A DNA stretch of 64,000 bases from Candidatus Hydrogenedentota bacterium (GCA_045863295.1 BTWA01000009.1:64001-128000); one strand, 5' to 3'. Counted from the stretch's first letter, positions 54,543 to 64,000 are shown. The notes: generated by a model from the letters alone, not told the origin. Translations and numbers: made by a program.

Positions 54543-55704
54543 TAACCGTTTTGTCTTTCCACAGCCGCCAGGCTATTGCGTACACGACCAGATAGAATAC
54601 AACGAACCCGAGCAAACCTGGAACAATACTGGCCCCGTCATGCTCGAAGCGTTCAGGCAGGTAGCTCCCATTGATGGCAAGCAGCGAGTATTGTACGAGG
54701 TAGATTACGAGGGGATTCAGGCCCAGCACGGTGAGGTGCGGAAACTCGAATTCCTTGATGTCGTTGACCAGATAGAAGAACAGGTACGCGACAAATGCGC
54801 AACTGGTCGCAATGAAGATGAATGGAGGAAGCGACCAACGTTTTGCGAACATCCAGTACTCGCCGAACTGTTGATAGGACTCCCATTGCGGTTTTAAGAG
54901 GGCATACGACGCGAACGCCGCCGCGGCCAACGACACAATGAAGATCAATGACGTCCTCACGATCTTCTTTGAATCGCCTTCTTCCATCAAATCGTAGGCA
55001 ATGGTTCCGCAGAGGAGTACAAACGCGTATGCCAGGGGGCTGAGCGGCCCTCCGTTCATGCTCCGTCCGTTCATCCATTCGTGGTAACCGGTTCCCATAT
55101 ACAATGCGGTGAACAGGGCAAGTGATGCCAAACCAAACGCAAGGCGGATGGCTGCGCTTTTTTCAATGACGAGCAGCACGACGATTCCGGATAAACCTAT
55201 CTGGCACAGCGCGTCCCACCAGTCGATGTGCGCGGCCGGTCCGTAAAAGATGATGCCTAGAAAGACGAGGATAAGGTAGCGCTTGAACGCGGCGAATCGC
55301 GCGGGCCATAGCCCTTCCTTTTCGATGCGCCGTGCAATGGACAACCGGAACCCCATGCCCACAACGAAAACAAACAGCGGCGCGATGGTATCCGCGTAGC
55401 TGAAATTGGTCCGGGTATGTTCGAACCATCCCGGCATCCAATGAAAGTTTCCGAGATAATTGACCGCGATCATGCCAAAGATGGCGTAGCCGCGTAGTTG
55501 ATCAATGGACAAAATGCGTGTTGGCTTCTGCTTCATCGATGGTACGGCCGCGGGTTTCGCGGCCGGTTGGGCCGCCGGACGCGTGTTGTTCTTCGTTGCC
55601 TGGATGGACCGGCCGCACAAGGTGCATTTTCCGGTCGCTCCCAGTTTATCCGCGGGAATTGGCATTTCATGACCGCATTCGCAGGTCAAGAGTATCGTGT
55701 TCAA
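54532..55704 (-). CDS. Heparan-alpha-glucosaminide N-acetyltransferase-like membrane acyltransferase with N-terminal zinc ribbon
   Basis: TTG 55704 after GGAG; CECG-x13-CTLC; RILSIDQLRG..IFGMI.VN, H, ADTIAPLFVFVVG, KRWS and LGLNPLVIY. Confidence 0.82.
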   Translation of the reverse strand: MNTILLTCECGHEMPIPADKLGATGKCTLCGRSIQATKNNTRPAAQPAAKPAAVPSMKQKPTRILSIDQLRGYAIFGMIAVNYLGNFHWMPGWFEHTRTNFSYADTIAPLFVFVVGMGFRLSIARRIEKEGLWPARFAAFKRYLILVFLGIIFYGPAAHIDWWDALCQIGLSGIVVLLVIEKSAAIRLAFGLASLALFTALYMGTGYHEWMNGRSMNGGPLSPLAYAFVLLCGTIAYDLMEEGDSKKIVRTSLIFIVSLAAAAFASYALLKPQWESYQQFGEYWMFAKRWSLPPFIFIATSCAFVAYLFFYLVNDIKEFEFPHLTVLGLNPLVIYLVQYSLLAINGSYLPERFEHDGASIVPGLLGFVVFYLVVYAIAWRLWKDKTVIKI

Positions 55705-56033
55705 CGCCTGTACTCCGGGGGACGGTTTAGTGCACCGTGGTGCATGTCCTGGAGGAAAGTCCATGGACGCGCAAGAAGAAATGAAGTATAGCAGGTTGGC
55801 TCCGGGAATGAGAAGCCCATGAACACGCTCAATAGCCCAATCTGGGCACGTTATTCGTAGGGGGTGCGGTCGAGGTTGGCAAGTTTCCGTAGGCGAACTG
55901 GCATGGTTTTCAGCGCCTTGCAGAATTCTTTATAGTATTCCGGTATCTGCAGACGGGGTTCCGCCGGGCGTTGTGGGACTCTGTTCGACCTGTGTCGGGC
56001 ATTCCGCAGTCATTTTCGAACGAGGTACTGGGT

Positions 56034-58616
56034 GTGAGCGAAGAGAAGCAGTTGGAACGTGTCAAAGGGGACGAGACTGCGGCGGAGGCGCCGGTTGCCG
56101 ATGCCACCGTTGCGGACGGGCAGGCGCCATTGACGGATCGCGAGACAAACGAGGCCGCTTTGGAAGAGCGCCTTGCCGAGCCTGTGTTTACGGGGATGGA
56201 AGGTATTGACAAAGCGCAGGTCTGGATTGCGGCGTTTCTTCTAGTGATTGCGGGGGCAATCGCCTTTTCCAATATTTTTGGCGCGGAGTTCTACCTGCCC
56301 GATCGTCAGCAGGTACTGGAGCAGCCCGCGGCCCGTCATTTCACGACGCTTCCCGAGGCACTTGGAAGGGTACCGGGCGGCCCCATCGCGGTGTGGACCT
56401 ACGCGATGCACTGGATAACCGGAGGCGACGCACCCCGGTTTTTGCGCGCGTTCCATTTGACGTTGCATCTCCTGAACGGCGTGCTGGTGTTTTTGCTGTG
56501 CAGGCGTCTGATGCCGAAGGGGACTCCCGAGCCGGTTTCGCTGACCGCGGGTCTCCTGTTCGTGTTGCATCCCGCCAACACCGAGACCGTTATTACGGCG
56601 CTTGGCCGGCCCTATTTGTTGGGCCTGTTCTTTGTTATGAGTTCACTTATTCTGGCCCTTCGCGCGATCGAACATCGCAGAAACCTTTTCAGTGTGGAAG
56701 GCAGCGCCGCAGTTCTGTGCTTTGTGTTGGCGTGGGGGTGTTCGCCTCTGGCGTGGATTGTGCCGCCGATGGCGTTGGTGTTCGACGCTCAGGTAAACCG
56801 GGGTATTCGCAGGCAATCGTGGACTGTGCATGCAAGTTTGTGGGCCGTGGCAATTCTATGCGTGGCGACCGCGTATGCATACCGGCAGACCCTTCCCCAG
56901 GAGATTCCGTTCGACGCAGGGAAAGACGCGTATCCGTTGGAGGCGTATGCACAGGCGGTAACCCAGGGCGTGATGACCAGCATCAGTCCGACGAGCCTTA
57001 GTCCTGTTTATGCGATTCCCGACTCCGATGAATTGACAGCAAACCCCCGTGCGGACATCACGTTGGCACTGTCCCTGATCGTGCCGATGATTCTTGCGGG
57101 CCTTTTTCTCAGCGCACGGCGGATTGCTCCAGGCGTCGCGCTGGTCTGGTTTGGATTGGCCTTTGTTGCGGTAGCGGTCGGGTTCTCACCCGAAAACCCC
57201 TACAGCGATCGATGGGTCTATGGCCCCATCGCGGGCTTGGCGATGATAGTGCCGTGGGTACTGGTTCAGTTGAAGCGCCAACCGAAGGCGCAGCGAATCG
57301 CGGGCGGGGCAATCGCCGTTTTACTGTTGGCGGCGGCCGTGGGCGTATTTCTTCGCAACCAGACGTGGCGTAGCGAGGTCGCGTTGTGGATGGATGCCGC
57401 ATCGAAGTCGCCGGATGCGGCACTTCCCTACCAAGCGTTGGGGGCCATCCACACGGCTCGGGCGGAGGAAGTCCTGATGCATCAAGCCGGGGCTGCCGCG
57501 GGAACCGCGGCCGGAGCGGCCCAACAGCGAGAAGCGGCTGACCGCTTCATGCGTCTTGCGGAGGAAAGGCTTCGTCAGGCCGTGCAGCGCGACGGCGAGC
57601 ATGTACCGTCGCTGCTGAACTCCGGCTTGGTCCATGAGTTTTACCGGCGGTACAGCGAGGCGAGCGAGGTGTACATCCGCGCGTTGCACATTGATCCGGC
57701 GAATCCTCAAATCGCGGCCCGGCTTGGCCGCGCGTATCAAGGGTTGCATGCCGAGACCGGCAATCGGGCCGATTTGCAGCGTGCCGTGGAACATTACGGC
57801 CGTGCCGATCGCTTGAACGGACTCGATAGTACCGGGCGGATTGCCTATTCGTTTTGTCTTCTGGCCATCCGCGATATAGAAAATGCCGCTCGGCAACTCG
57901 ACCTTGCGGCGGGCAACGATCCGGAGTCCCCCGCGGCGAACCAGCTGAAATTTGTCCGGCAGTCCCTGATTCAAATCCGGCAGGACGAAATGAAGGCCAT
58001 GGAGGCGTTGCGCCAGAATCCTTCGGATAGGGCTGGGTTGCTCGGCGAGGCGAGTGTATTGTTTGGCCGGGGACGCGCGCTTCAGGCGTTGTATGTTCTC
58101 AGCGGACTTATGAAGGGGCCTCAGAGCGAACTTGATGCATGGGTACTGATGGGCTTGATCAAAGGATACATGGACGACGAATCGTCGTTTTTGAGTGCGT
58201 ATCAACCCCCGGTGGCGCAGGAAGGCGCCCCTTCTCCATGGACTGTGCTGGCGACAGCGTGTGTACAATCCGATTTGTGGGGGAGTGCGGAGGAGTATCT
58301 GAACGCTTCCGCGTTGCGGCCGGGCGGAGTACAAAAGCCGCTCCTCGTGCTTGCGCAACTGGCACTGCAGCTTCAACAACCGCAGAGGGCGTTGCAGCTT
58401 CTGGATACCGCATCCAATACGTATGCTGACGATCCGCAGCCTTGGCTTATGTTGTGCGACATGGCCATTGCGGGTGGCAATGCGCAAACCGCTGCCCGGT
58501 ATCTTGCGGAAGCGGAGAAGCGGAACGCGAAGCCGGAAGACATCGCGTCCAGGCGCGACAAGGTGGGCACCCAAGCCACACCGGAACAACCGACGTTTGA
58601 TACCATCATCCGCTGA
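56034..58616 (+). CDS. TMTC-like multi-TM GT-C protein with C-terminal TPR repeats
   Basis: FH..LHLLNGVLVF, LLFVLHPANTETV...GR, SDRWVYGP and RNQTWRSEVALW.DA..KSP, then TPRs; GTG 56034 after GAGG. Confidence 0.85.
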   Translation: MSEEKQLERVKGDETAAEAPVADATVADGQAPLTDRETNEAALEERLAEPVFTGMEGIDKAQVWIAAFLLVIAGAIAFSNIFGAEFYLPDRQQVLEQPAARHFTTLPEALGRVPGGPIAVWTYAMHWITGGDAPRFLRAFHLTLHLLNGVLVFLLCRRLMPKGTPEPVSLTAGLLFVLHPANTETVITALGRPYLLGLFFVMSSLILALRAIEHRRNLFSVEGSAAVLCFVLAWGCSPLAWIVPPMALVFDAQVNRGIRRQSWTVHASLWAVAILCVATAYAYRQTLPQEIPFDAGKDAYPLEAYAQAVTQGVMTSISPTSLSPVYAIPDSDELTANPRADITLALSLIVPMILAGLFLSARRIAPGVALVWFGLAFVAVAVGFSPENPYSDRWVYGPIAGLAMIVPWVLVQLKRQPKAQRIAGGAIAVLLLAAAVGVFLRNQTWRSEVALWMDAASKSPDAALPYQALGAIHTARAEEVLMHQAGAAAGTAAGAAQQREAADRFMRLAEERLRQAVQRDGEHVPSLLNSGLVHEFYRRYSEASEVYIRALHIDPANPQIAARLGRAYQGLHAETGNRADLQRAVEHYGRADRLNGLDSTGRIAYSFCLLAIRDIENAARQLDLAAGNDPESPAANQLKFVRQSLIQIRQDEMKAMEALRQNPSDRAGLLGEASVLFGRGRALQALYVLSGLMKGPQSELDAWVLMGLIKGYMDDESSFLSAYQPPVAQEGAPSPWTVLATACVQSDLWGSAEEYLNASALRPGGVQKPLLVLAQLALQLQQPQRALQLLDTASNTYADDPQPWLMLCDMAIAGGNAQTAARYLAEAEKRNAKPEDIASRRDKVGTQATPEQPTFDTIIR

Positions 58617-58654
58617 CCTGTTGTATGCAGGCCTCAGGGTGGAAAGGGCCGCAC

Positions 58655-59338
58655 ATGGATACCGCCGATCTGCAGACTGTATTGACCCGGTTGTTCGTGG
58701 CGGTTTTGCTTTCGGGACTGTTGGGGTTGGAGCGAGAACGCAGAGGGCGCGCCGCCGGGTTGCGCACGCACATTCTCGTGTGTCTGGGGTCCACCGTGGC
58801 CATGATCATTTCTGAATATTTTGCGCGTGCCCTGCAGGCATCCGGTTCGCCGGTGTGGATGGACCAGGGCCGCGTTGCCGCAGGGATTATTACCGGGATT
58901 GGCTTTCTGGGCGCGGGGACGATCATGACTCACGCGGGCGCGCCACGAGGTCTCACTACGGCGGCCATGGTCTGGTTTGCGGCTATCCTTGGGGTGGGGG
59001 TTGGCGCGGGCTATCTGACTCTTTCGGCCATTGCGACCGCCTTTGCCCTGGCCAGTACGTACGGCCTGGAGCGGCTCGAGAATTTCATCCCTTCACACGA
59101 ACGCATGGCCGTGAAGATGCGAATGAAAGGCGATATGAGCCAGGCCGACGCGGTCGAGAATTACTTTACCGCCCATGGATTTCACGTGCTCCAACATCAG
59201 AGCCACGTTGGCAAGGAAGGCAACCTGATTCAAGTATCGTATGAATTGGGGTGCCGTCAGCGGCCGCGCATTTCGGCATTTGTCAACGACGTTTGTTCGG
59301 CCGTACCCGCCATACAGGAAATCGAAGTGGATTATTGA
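58655..59338 (+). CDS. MgtC/SapB family membrane protein
   Basis: GLERE...RAAGLRTHILVCLGS, RVAAGIITGIGFLGAG and GLTTAA.VW; C-terminal ACT-like domain. Confidence 0.93.
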   Translation: MDTADLQTVLTRLFVAVLLSGLLGLERERRGRAAGLRTHILVCLGSTVAMIISEYFARALQASGSPVWMDQGRVAAGIITGIGFLGAGTIMTHAGAPRGLTTAAMVWFAAILGVGVGAGYLTLSAIATAFALASTYGLERLENFIPSHERMAVKMRMKGDMSQADAVENYFTAHGFHVLQHQSHVGKEGNLIQVSYELGCRQRPRISAFVNDVCSAVPAIQEIEVDY

Positions 59339-59365
59339 CGGCGATTGCCGCGAGGAATCGAGTTC

Positions 59366-60520
59366 ATGCGTTTTTCCGCCTTGTGTCTTTTCGTGCTGGG
59401 TATGACGGCCACCGCGGACCCCACGTATTTCGATCGGGTAAAACGGGTGTTGGAATCCGTCCGCACGGATGTTTCCGCGATGACAGGGCCCGCCGAAGCC
59501 GCAGCTTCGCGTGTGTCGGCTGGCGGCCATCTGTGGGTCGCAGGACACAAGACATTGGTCAGCGAGTTATCGGGCCGTGCGGGCGGCCTCATGTGCGTTC
59601 AAAGCCTTGGCGACGACGCACCCGCGGCCGGCGACGTCGTGATATTCGGGAACGTGGGTAAGGCGCCTTTGCCGGATTCATTGCGCAATTCCGGGGCTCT
59701 GATCGTCGTGTTGGGTGACGAGCCCGTCGGCCCGACCGTTTTCTGCTTGCCTGTGTATGCCAATGAGAACGGCGTTTCCGAGACCTTGGCGAGTACGATA
59801 CCTGCATGGGTATTCACGGGCGAACTGGTGGCAGCGCTGACGCGTCTCGGCACGATGCCGGTCATTTTTGAGACCATTGGCATGCCCGGCGGTGTGCCGC
59901 GCATTCAGAAGTATCAGGCGCAAGGTCTCCTTTTTCACACGGATCGCACGGTGCCGCCCGTGGCGGCCGGTGTAGTAGGACTGGCGTATTGCGACAAGGC
60001 CGTTGGGGCGTTGGATCGCGTGCAGCGCGAGTGCGGCGGCAAGCTGCTTCGAGTGGCGCAATGGGCGGCGGAATCGAAACGAGCGGGCAAGAAGGTCCAC
60101 ATGTACAGCATGGGGCATATGTTTCCGGCGGAGGTGGAAGAGACGGCAATCGGCGGTCTATTTACTTCCACCGCTTACTACTCGGGTTTCAGCTACATCG
60201 ATCAGCCGGCCTATGATTTTGACGACGGTGACACGGTGGTGCATATCGGCTATCAGCACCCGCCGTATGAGCTTCTGGAAAAGGTGGGATCATCGGGGGC
60301 GCGCATTGCCTATGTGGACATTTTGGAGCATCGAGATTATCGCGATAATCAGAATGTGATTTGGATTGACCCGATGTGGATGTGGGCCGATGGGTGCGTC
60401 CGCATCGATGGTTACGATGTGCCGATGCTGCCCTTGTCGGGTGTTATCAACGGCGCTATTGCGTGGGAAATCTACCGGTCCACTTCAGAGTCGCTGGGTG
60501 AATCCGGTGGGGGTAAATAG
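59366..60520 (+). CDS. Putative exported protein with two SIS-like domains
   Basis: Signal-like N-terminus; two halves with a similar alpha/beta pattern (GGHLWVAG..GDVVIFG and GKKVHMYSMGH..GDTVVHIG). Confidence 0.55.
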   Translation: MRFSALCLFVLGMTATADPTYFDRVKRVLESVRTDVSAMTGPAEAAASRVSAGGHLWVAGHKTLVSELSGRAGGLMCVQSLGDDAPAAGDVVIFGNVGKAPLPDSLRNSGALIVVLGDEPVGPTVFCLPVYANENGVSETLASTIPAWVFTGELVAALTRLGTMPVIFETIGMPGGVPRIQKYQAQGLLFHTDRTVPPVAAGVVGLAYCDKAVGALDRVQRECGGKLLRVAQWAAESKRAGKKVHMYSMGHMFPAEVEETAIGGLFTSTAYYSGFSYIDQPAYDFDDGDTVVHIGYQHPPYELLEKVGSSGARIAYVDILEHRDYRDNQNVIWIDPMWMWADGCVRIDGYDVPMLPLSGVINGAIAWEIYRSTSESLGESGGGK

Positions 60521-60659
60521 GGGTCTAAACCGGCAGTTCAATCCTTGCAAACCGATGCCGGCTGCCACCCAAGGCCGATGGCGTGTCGTGGCATGTAACA
60601 AACTCTTGTCAGCCCGGTACTAATGTACGGTTCTTAGGGCAACAAGGAGGAACGTTACC

Positions 60660-60785
60660 ATGCCTTTCGATCTCACGGCGATAGTGACTCAGATTATTGG
60701 AATTCTCATTGGCCTGTTGCTTCCGGCTCTGGAATCCCTCGGCATTCCGACGGAATTCCTGGAAGCGTTTTTGCCGAAGGCTTAG
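60660..60785 (+). CDS. 41-aa hydrophobic small protein (not in ORF track)
   Basis: AAGGAGG RBS 9 nt upstream; MPFDLTAIVTQIIGILIGLLLPALESLGIPTEFLEAFLPKA*; sits in an otherwise empty intergenic gap. Confidence 0.7.
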   Translation: MPFDLTAIVTQIIGILIGLLLPALESLGIPTEFLEAFLPKA

Positions 60786-60847
60786 TCTTCGCCTGGACCG
60801 GGGGTAGTACCGGTTCAACCAGTTTTACAGTCCGTCTGGTGTGCACT

Positions 60848-62275
60848 TTAACAGCGCACCAGACGGACTTGTTTTTTTCGTAGCAAGTTCGTCAGACGCT
60901 GCATGGCGAGGCCCGCGATGACTGTGTAGAACGGCTCCGTCATGAATCGGAACCGATGAACTTCGAGTATTTCCAGTGCGATTCCCATAAAGGCGACGTA
61001 TGCAATCGTGAATAACATGTATGCGAGCAATTGCCTGTCCGCAGGTTCCGCCTTGATGGCGATCGTTGCGCCGATAACCACCAGCAGAACAAGTCCCCCA
61101 AACAAGCCTGGGTAGACCGTCCGCCCCAACAGCGCACGGCCGGACTCGGGCACGATGCACTTCCAATACAGGATGCGGTCCCACGCGTCCAACCAAGGCT
61201 TCAACACAGCCACGTTTGGCGATTCGTAGCCGTAGTGTGACGGCGACTTGAAGTAGTTGACGAATGCCTGTGTACACGTGAGGACATAGGCGGAAGGCCG
61301 ATACGCGAAGGCGGCCCATGCGTCGCGGCCGTAGGCTTGCGAGATGGCAATTTGAGCGAATTGATTGTAGTTCAGTTGCCCGCTCGACTTGGCTTCCTCT
61401 GACAAGCAGGGCACGCTGGCATAGGGTCCGGGATGCCGGTATTCGGGTGGGTAGTTCGAGACGGCGGTGAAGCGGTTGCGCAGTGAAACGGGGGAGAGCA
61501 CGCCTTCGGCCACCAGGTGTTCCCGTTCGGCCCACGGTAGATTGCCGGCCGTTTTGATCCACAAGTGTTTGCCTGTCCAGGTGCAGACAGTGAATTGGCC
61601 AAACTCGAATCTGTTCTTGACATAGAAGCTGGACAGGGCGAGCAGCGCAACCGTCGCACAGACAGCGGCGCGACGACGGTGCCTTGAAACGATGATAACC
61701 CATGCGGACACGATCGCAACATACACGATGTGAAATACAGTGCGTATTCCGCCGAGAAGAAACAGGCACGCAAAGAAACCCGCGTATGCACCACGGGTGC
61801 GGTTTCTTGACGCGGCGTTAAGACACACCGCGGATATCACGACACATGCGGCACAGGGCAACTCATACAGGAGCATGTGCTCGTACAATAAGAATGACGG
61901 GGACACCGCGAACAAGGAGCTTACTCCGTAGGCGAGTCCAGGATTCACCCCCAGCCTGCGCTGCAAGCGGTATACGGAAACGTAGACAGCAAAACCGGCG
62001 ATCAGATTCGCGGCGTGAAAAAGAATGGCTGCATGGACGCCGGCGAGCTTCAAGACAACGCCTATATATGCATTAAATAGAGGCGGTTGGATGTGCAGAT
62101 ACCAGAGTGATTCCCACAATCGGTCACGTAGTAGCTGCGGATCCAGATACTGCATGAAGACGCCCAGTGCGGAATCATCGAACCGGAACCCGCAACCGTA
62201 CGCGACGATGCGTGTAGCGCAAAATGTAGCCGTAAGCGCCAGGGCAGATTTCGTTTTATCAGCGCTGAGTTTCAT
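60848..62275 (-). CDS. Multi-TM membrane protein, GT-C/PMT-like
   Basis: About 10 TM segments; HIQPPLFN, SPSFLLYE...YE and RFRF..EP. Confidence 0.6.
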   Translation of the reverse strand: MKLSADKTKSALALTATFCATRIVAYGCGFRFDDSALGVFMQYLDPQLLRDRLWESLWYLHIQPPLFNAYIGVVLKLAGVHAAILFHAANLIAGFAVYVSVYRLQRRLGVNPGLAYGVSSLFAVSPSFLLYEHMLLYELPCAACVVISAVCLNAASRNRTRGAYAGFFACLFLLGGIRTVFHIVYVAIVSAWVIIVSRHRRRAAVCATVALLALSSFYVKNRFEFGQFTVCTWTGKHLWIKTAGNLPWAEREHLVAEGVLSPVSLRNRFTAVSNYPPEYRHPGPYASVPCLSEEAKSSGQLNYNQFAQIAISQAYGRDAWAAFAYRPSAYVLTCTQAFVNYFKSPSHYGYESPNVAVLKPWLDAWDRILYWKCIVPESGRALLGRTVYPGLFGGLVLLVVIGATIAIKAEPADRQLLAYMLFTIAYVAFMGIALEILEVHRFRFMTEPFYTVIAGLAMQRLTNLLRKKQVRLVRC

Positions 62276-62396
62276 AGCTCGCTATCATGGCACGGGCACG
62301 ACTCCACGCGGTAAGGGGAAATTGCGCGGAAAGTGGAGACCGCGTGGCGCAGAATTGCCGGTCACAAGCACGCGTTGCGAGCCCGGACTATCTCTA

Positions 62397-64000
62397 TCAG
62401 AACGAAACTTCCCAGGCAACGTCGCCGGGTTGTGTCGTAATCACGGTCAAAGTGGTGATACGGTCATTTTGCATATAGCCGATATCCATCGCTCCGGCAA
62501 CTCCTCTCGTCGGGAGCATTCCTTCGGGCGCGAGAATACGAATTGGGTATTCGCCGGGTCGCGGCGCGCTGACCACGCCGGTCAGGGTTTTGGACGATGC
62601 GTTCCATTCGCCTTTTACGGTACCCGCGTCTGACTGGAGGACGTGTGAACCCGCGGCGAGGACACTGGGCACATCCCTGTGCGGGGCGATGACGAAAAGC
62701 CCATGGCTTTCCGGAGCGACCTCCACGTCAACCCCGCCTTGCGCTGTGCCGTAGTACTTGTCTTCCCAAAGATTATAAACAGTGCGGTATGTTTCGGCGT
62801 TGAGGCCCATGGCCGCGAAGTCGATACGAATGGTCTTTGGCTTACTGGCATCATCGTTCATGACCGCCGCAACGAACGTGTCAGTCAGGCCGGTCTTCGA
62901 GACCCAGACCTGCGGGCGCTCCTGCAAGAAATAGTCGAGAGGCAGGGCTGGCCGGTCTGCGGCCGGCATCAGTTTTCTCAAGGATTCAAGCGCATTGCGG
63001 GGGATGTGCGAAGGAACCCCGCTCAAGTGTATCGGGCCGCCCAGCATGGCCCGCAACGTAGCTTCGGACAGTGCGGCTGGGGCGTTGGTCGTAAACGACT
63101 CCAATTCAATGGGAGCGCCGCCCGCATGCCACAGGGCGGGATGTTCGTACCATGTGTCGGCGATGTGGCCGTGCGGCTTTTCGATCATGTAGCCGTCGGC
63201 AAACGTGGCGATAAAGGGCATGTGCAAACCGGCATAAATGGGCCGGTCTGGACCCAGAGCCTCGCGCGCGAGGGTCAATACGCGGCGAATTGCTTCTACA
63301 CGGGTGAACGCCTTGTTACTGAACCTCTCGACGCACCAGAGCGCGTGCAGGTCGGCGATGGGAGTGGCCGCATCCAAGTGCCACTCGTTTACCGCCCGGG
63401 CGATGGAATCGCGCATGTGTTGTTCCACCTCGGGTAGACCGATATCGAGCACGCGCCTATCCTTTCCGACCCAAATCTGGCCGTTTGTTGTGGCGGGCGC
63501 GATCCAGTCCGGATGTTCGCGTACGATGGAGGAGTCCGCAGGTACGGTGACGAGGTTGAGTGGCAGGCCGATATGAATGTTCTGCTTGCGCGCGGATTCG
63601 ACAACGGATCCGAAGTTTTCCGGGGCGATATTGGCTGCTGCTTCCAGAGGGGCGTTGTTTAGCGGCCATGCGTGGCCTAGCATGGCGTAGTTCCATCCGA
63701 GCGCTGTGTAACGTTCCGAGAGGTTTTCGGCCTCGTACATCAGAGCGTCGTTGCTTTCAATTTCGTCCGACAGCACGATGCCTTGGGGCGAGGATGTCTT
63801 GCGATGGGTTGTCTTCTGTACGACCGCGACTGCCTGGCCGAATCGTTCGAGGCCCTTGACGGCAGACTCGTCGGTTACTCCCAGGTATACCGTCTCGGAC
63901 TCAAGGCGTCCGCCGGGCGGGACCTCAACGGGCGGGTCGTATACATTGGCGATTTGAAAGCGTTGAAAGCGGGGTCCGATATTGCGTGCGTCGGACCAGA
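62397..64000 (-). CDS. Alpha-galactosidase (GH27/GH36)-like protein, divergent; 5' end beyond window
   Basis: The frame stays open from 63776 to the window edge (..VPPGGRLESETVYLG..). HIGL.L, SSIVREHPDW, LDIGLPEVEQHM..., and a C-terminal beta domain (VYNLWEDKYYG). Confidence 0.7.
   Translation of the reverse strand, partial: WSDARNIGPRFQRFQIANVYDPPVEVPPGGRLESETVYLGVTDESAVKGLERFGQAVAVVQKTTHRKTSSPQGIVLSDEIESNDALMYEAENLSERYTALGWNYAMLGHAWPLNNAPLEAAANIAPENFGSVVESARKQNIHIGLPLNLVTVPADSSIVREHPDWIAPATTNGQIWVGKDRRVLDIGLPEVEQHMRDSIARAVNEWHLDAATPIADLHALWCVERFSNKAFTRVEAIRRVLTLAREALGPDRPIYAGLHMPFIATFADGYMIEKPHGHIADTWYEHPALWHAGGAPIELESFTTNAPAALSEATLRAMLGGPIHLSGVPSHIPRNALESLRKLMPAADRPALPLDYFLQERPQVWVSKTGLTDTFVAAVMNDDASKPKTIRIDFAAMGLNAETYRTVYNLWEDKYYGTAQGGVDVEVAPESHGLFVIAPHRDVPSVLAAGSHVLQSDAGTVKGEWNASSKTLTGVVSAPRPGEYPIRILAPEGMLPTRGVAGAMDIGYMQNDRITTLTVITTQPGDVAWEVSF

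Noticed and set aside
55899..55914. TGGCATGGTTTTCAGC sigma54-like site
   Set aside because: GG-to-GC spacing is 11 rather than the obligatory 10.
57321..58589. 422-aa minus-strand ORF
   Set aside because: Antisense shadow of the TPR region of the TMTC-like gene.

Overview
GC-rich (roughly 60% by eye) bacterial chromosomal segment with about 45 genes. I recognised no rRNA, tRNA, CRISPR array or mobile element. Gene style tentatively suggests a Candidatus Hydrogenedentes-like lineage (unverified inference). Housekeeping and envelope genes: a TPR-containing Ser/Thr kinase (runs off the left edge), hisB, a Usp, an HDOD protein, several glycosyltransferases, an ABC-F ATPase, two DUF2147 paralogs, a GH127, GTP-dependent PEPCK, ggt, an MFS transporter, and a fliM-fliN-fliA...fliK-like-flhB-C flagellar block. 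The most unusual region is 22.5-32.6 kb. There, three tandem small genes share an N-terminal H-x-R-x-[IL]-[ST] leader-like motif and have their own sigma70 promoter, operator-like palindrome and terminator. They converge on a five-gene run: a B12/radical-SAM-like protein lacking CxxxCxxC, a FabF-like ketosynthase with a His-to-Gln change, a multi-TM-GAF-PAS histidine kinase, a REC-GAF-PAS pseudokinase (His-to-Gln), and a sigma54 activator. Other notable items are a duplicated pair of large surface proteins with one intact and two degenerate clan-CD (C13-like) protease domains, an uncalled 41-aa hydrophobic smORF with a strong RBS, and a window-wide recurrence of apparent pseudoenzymes. All family calls are by motif recognition, not database search.
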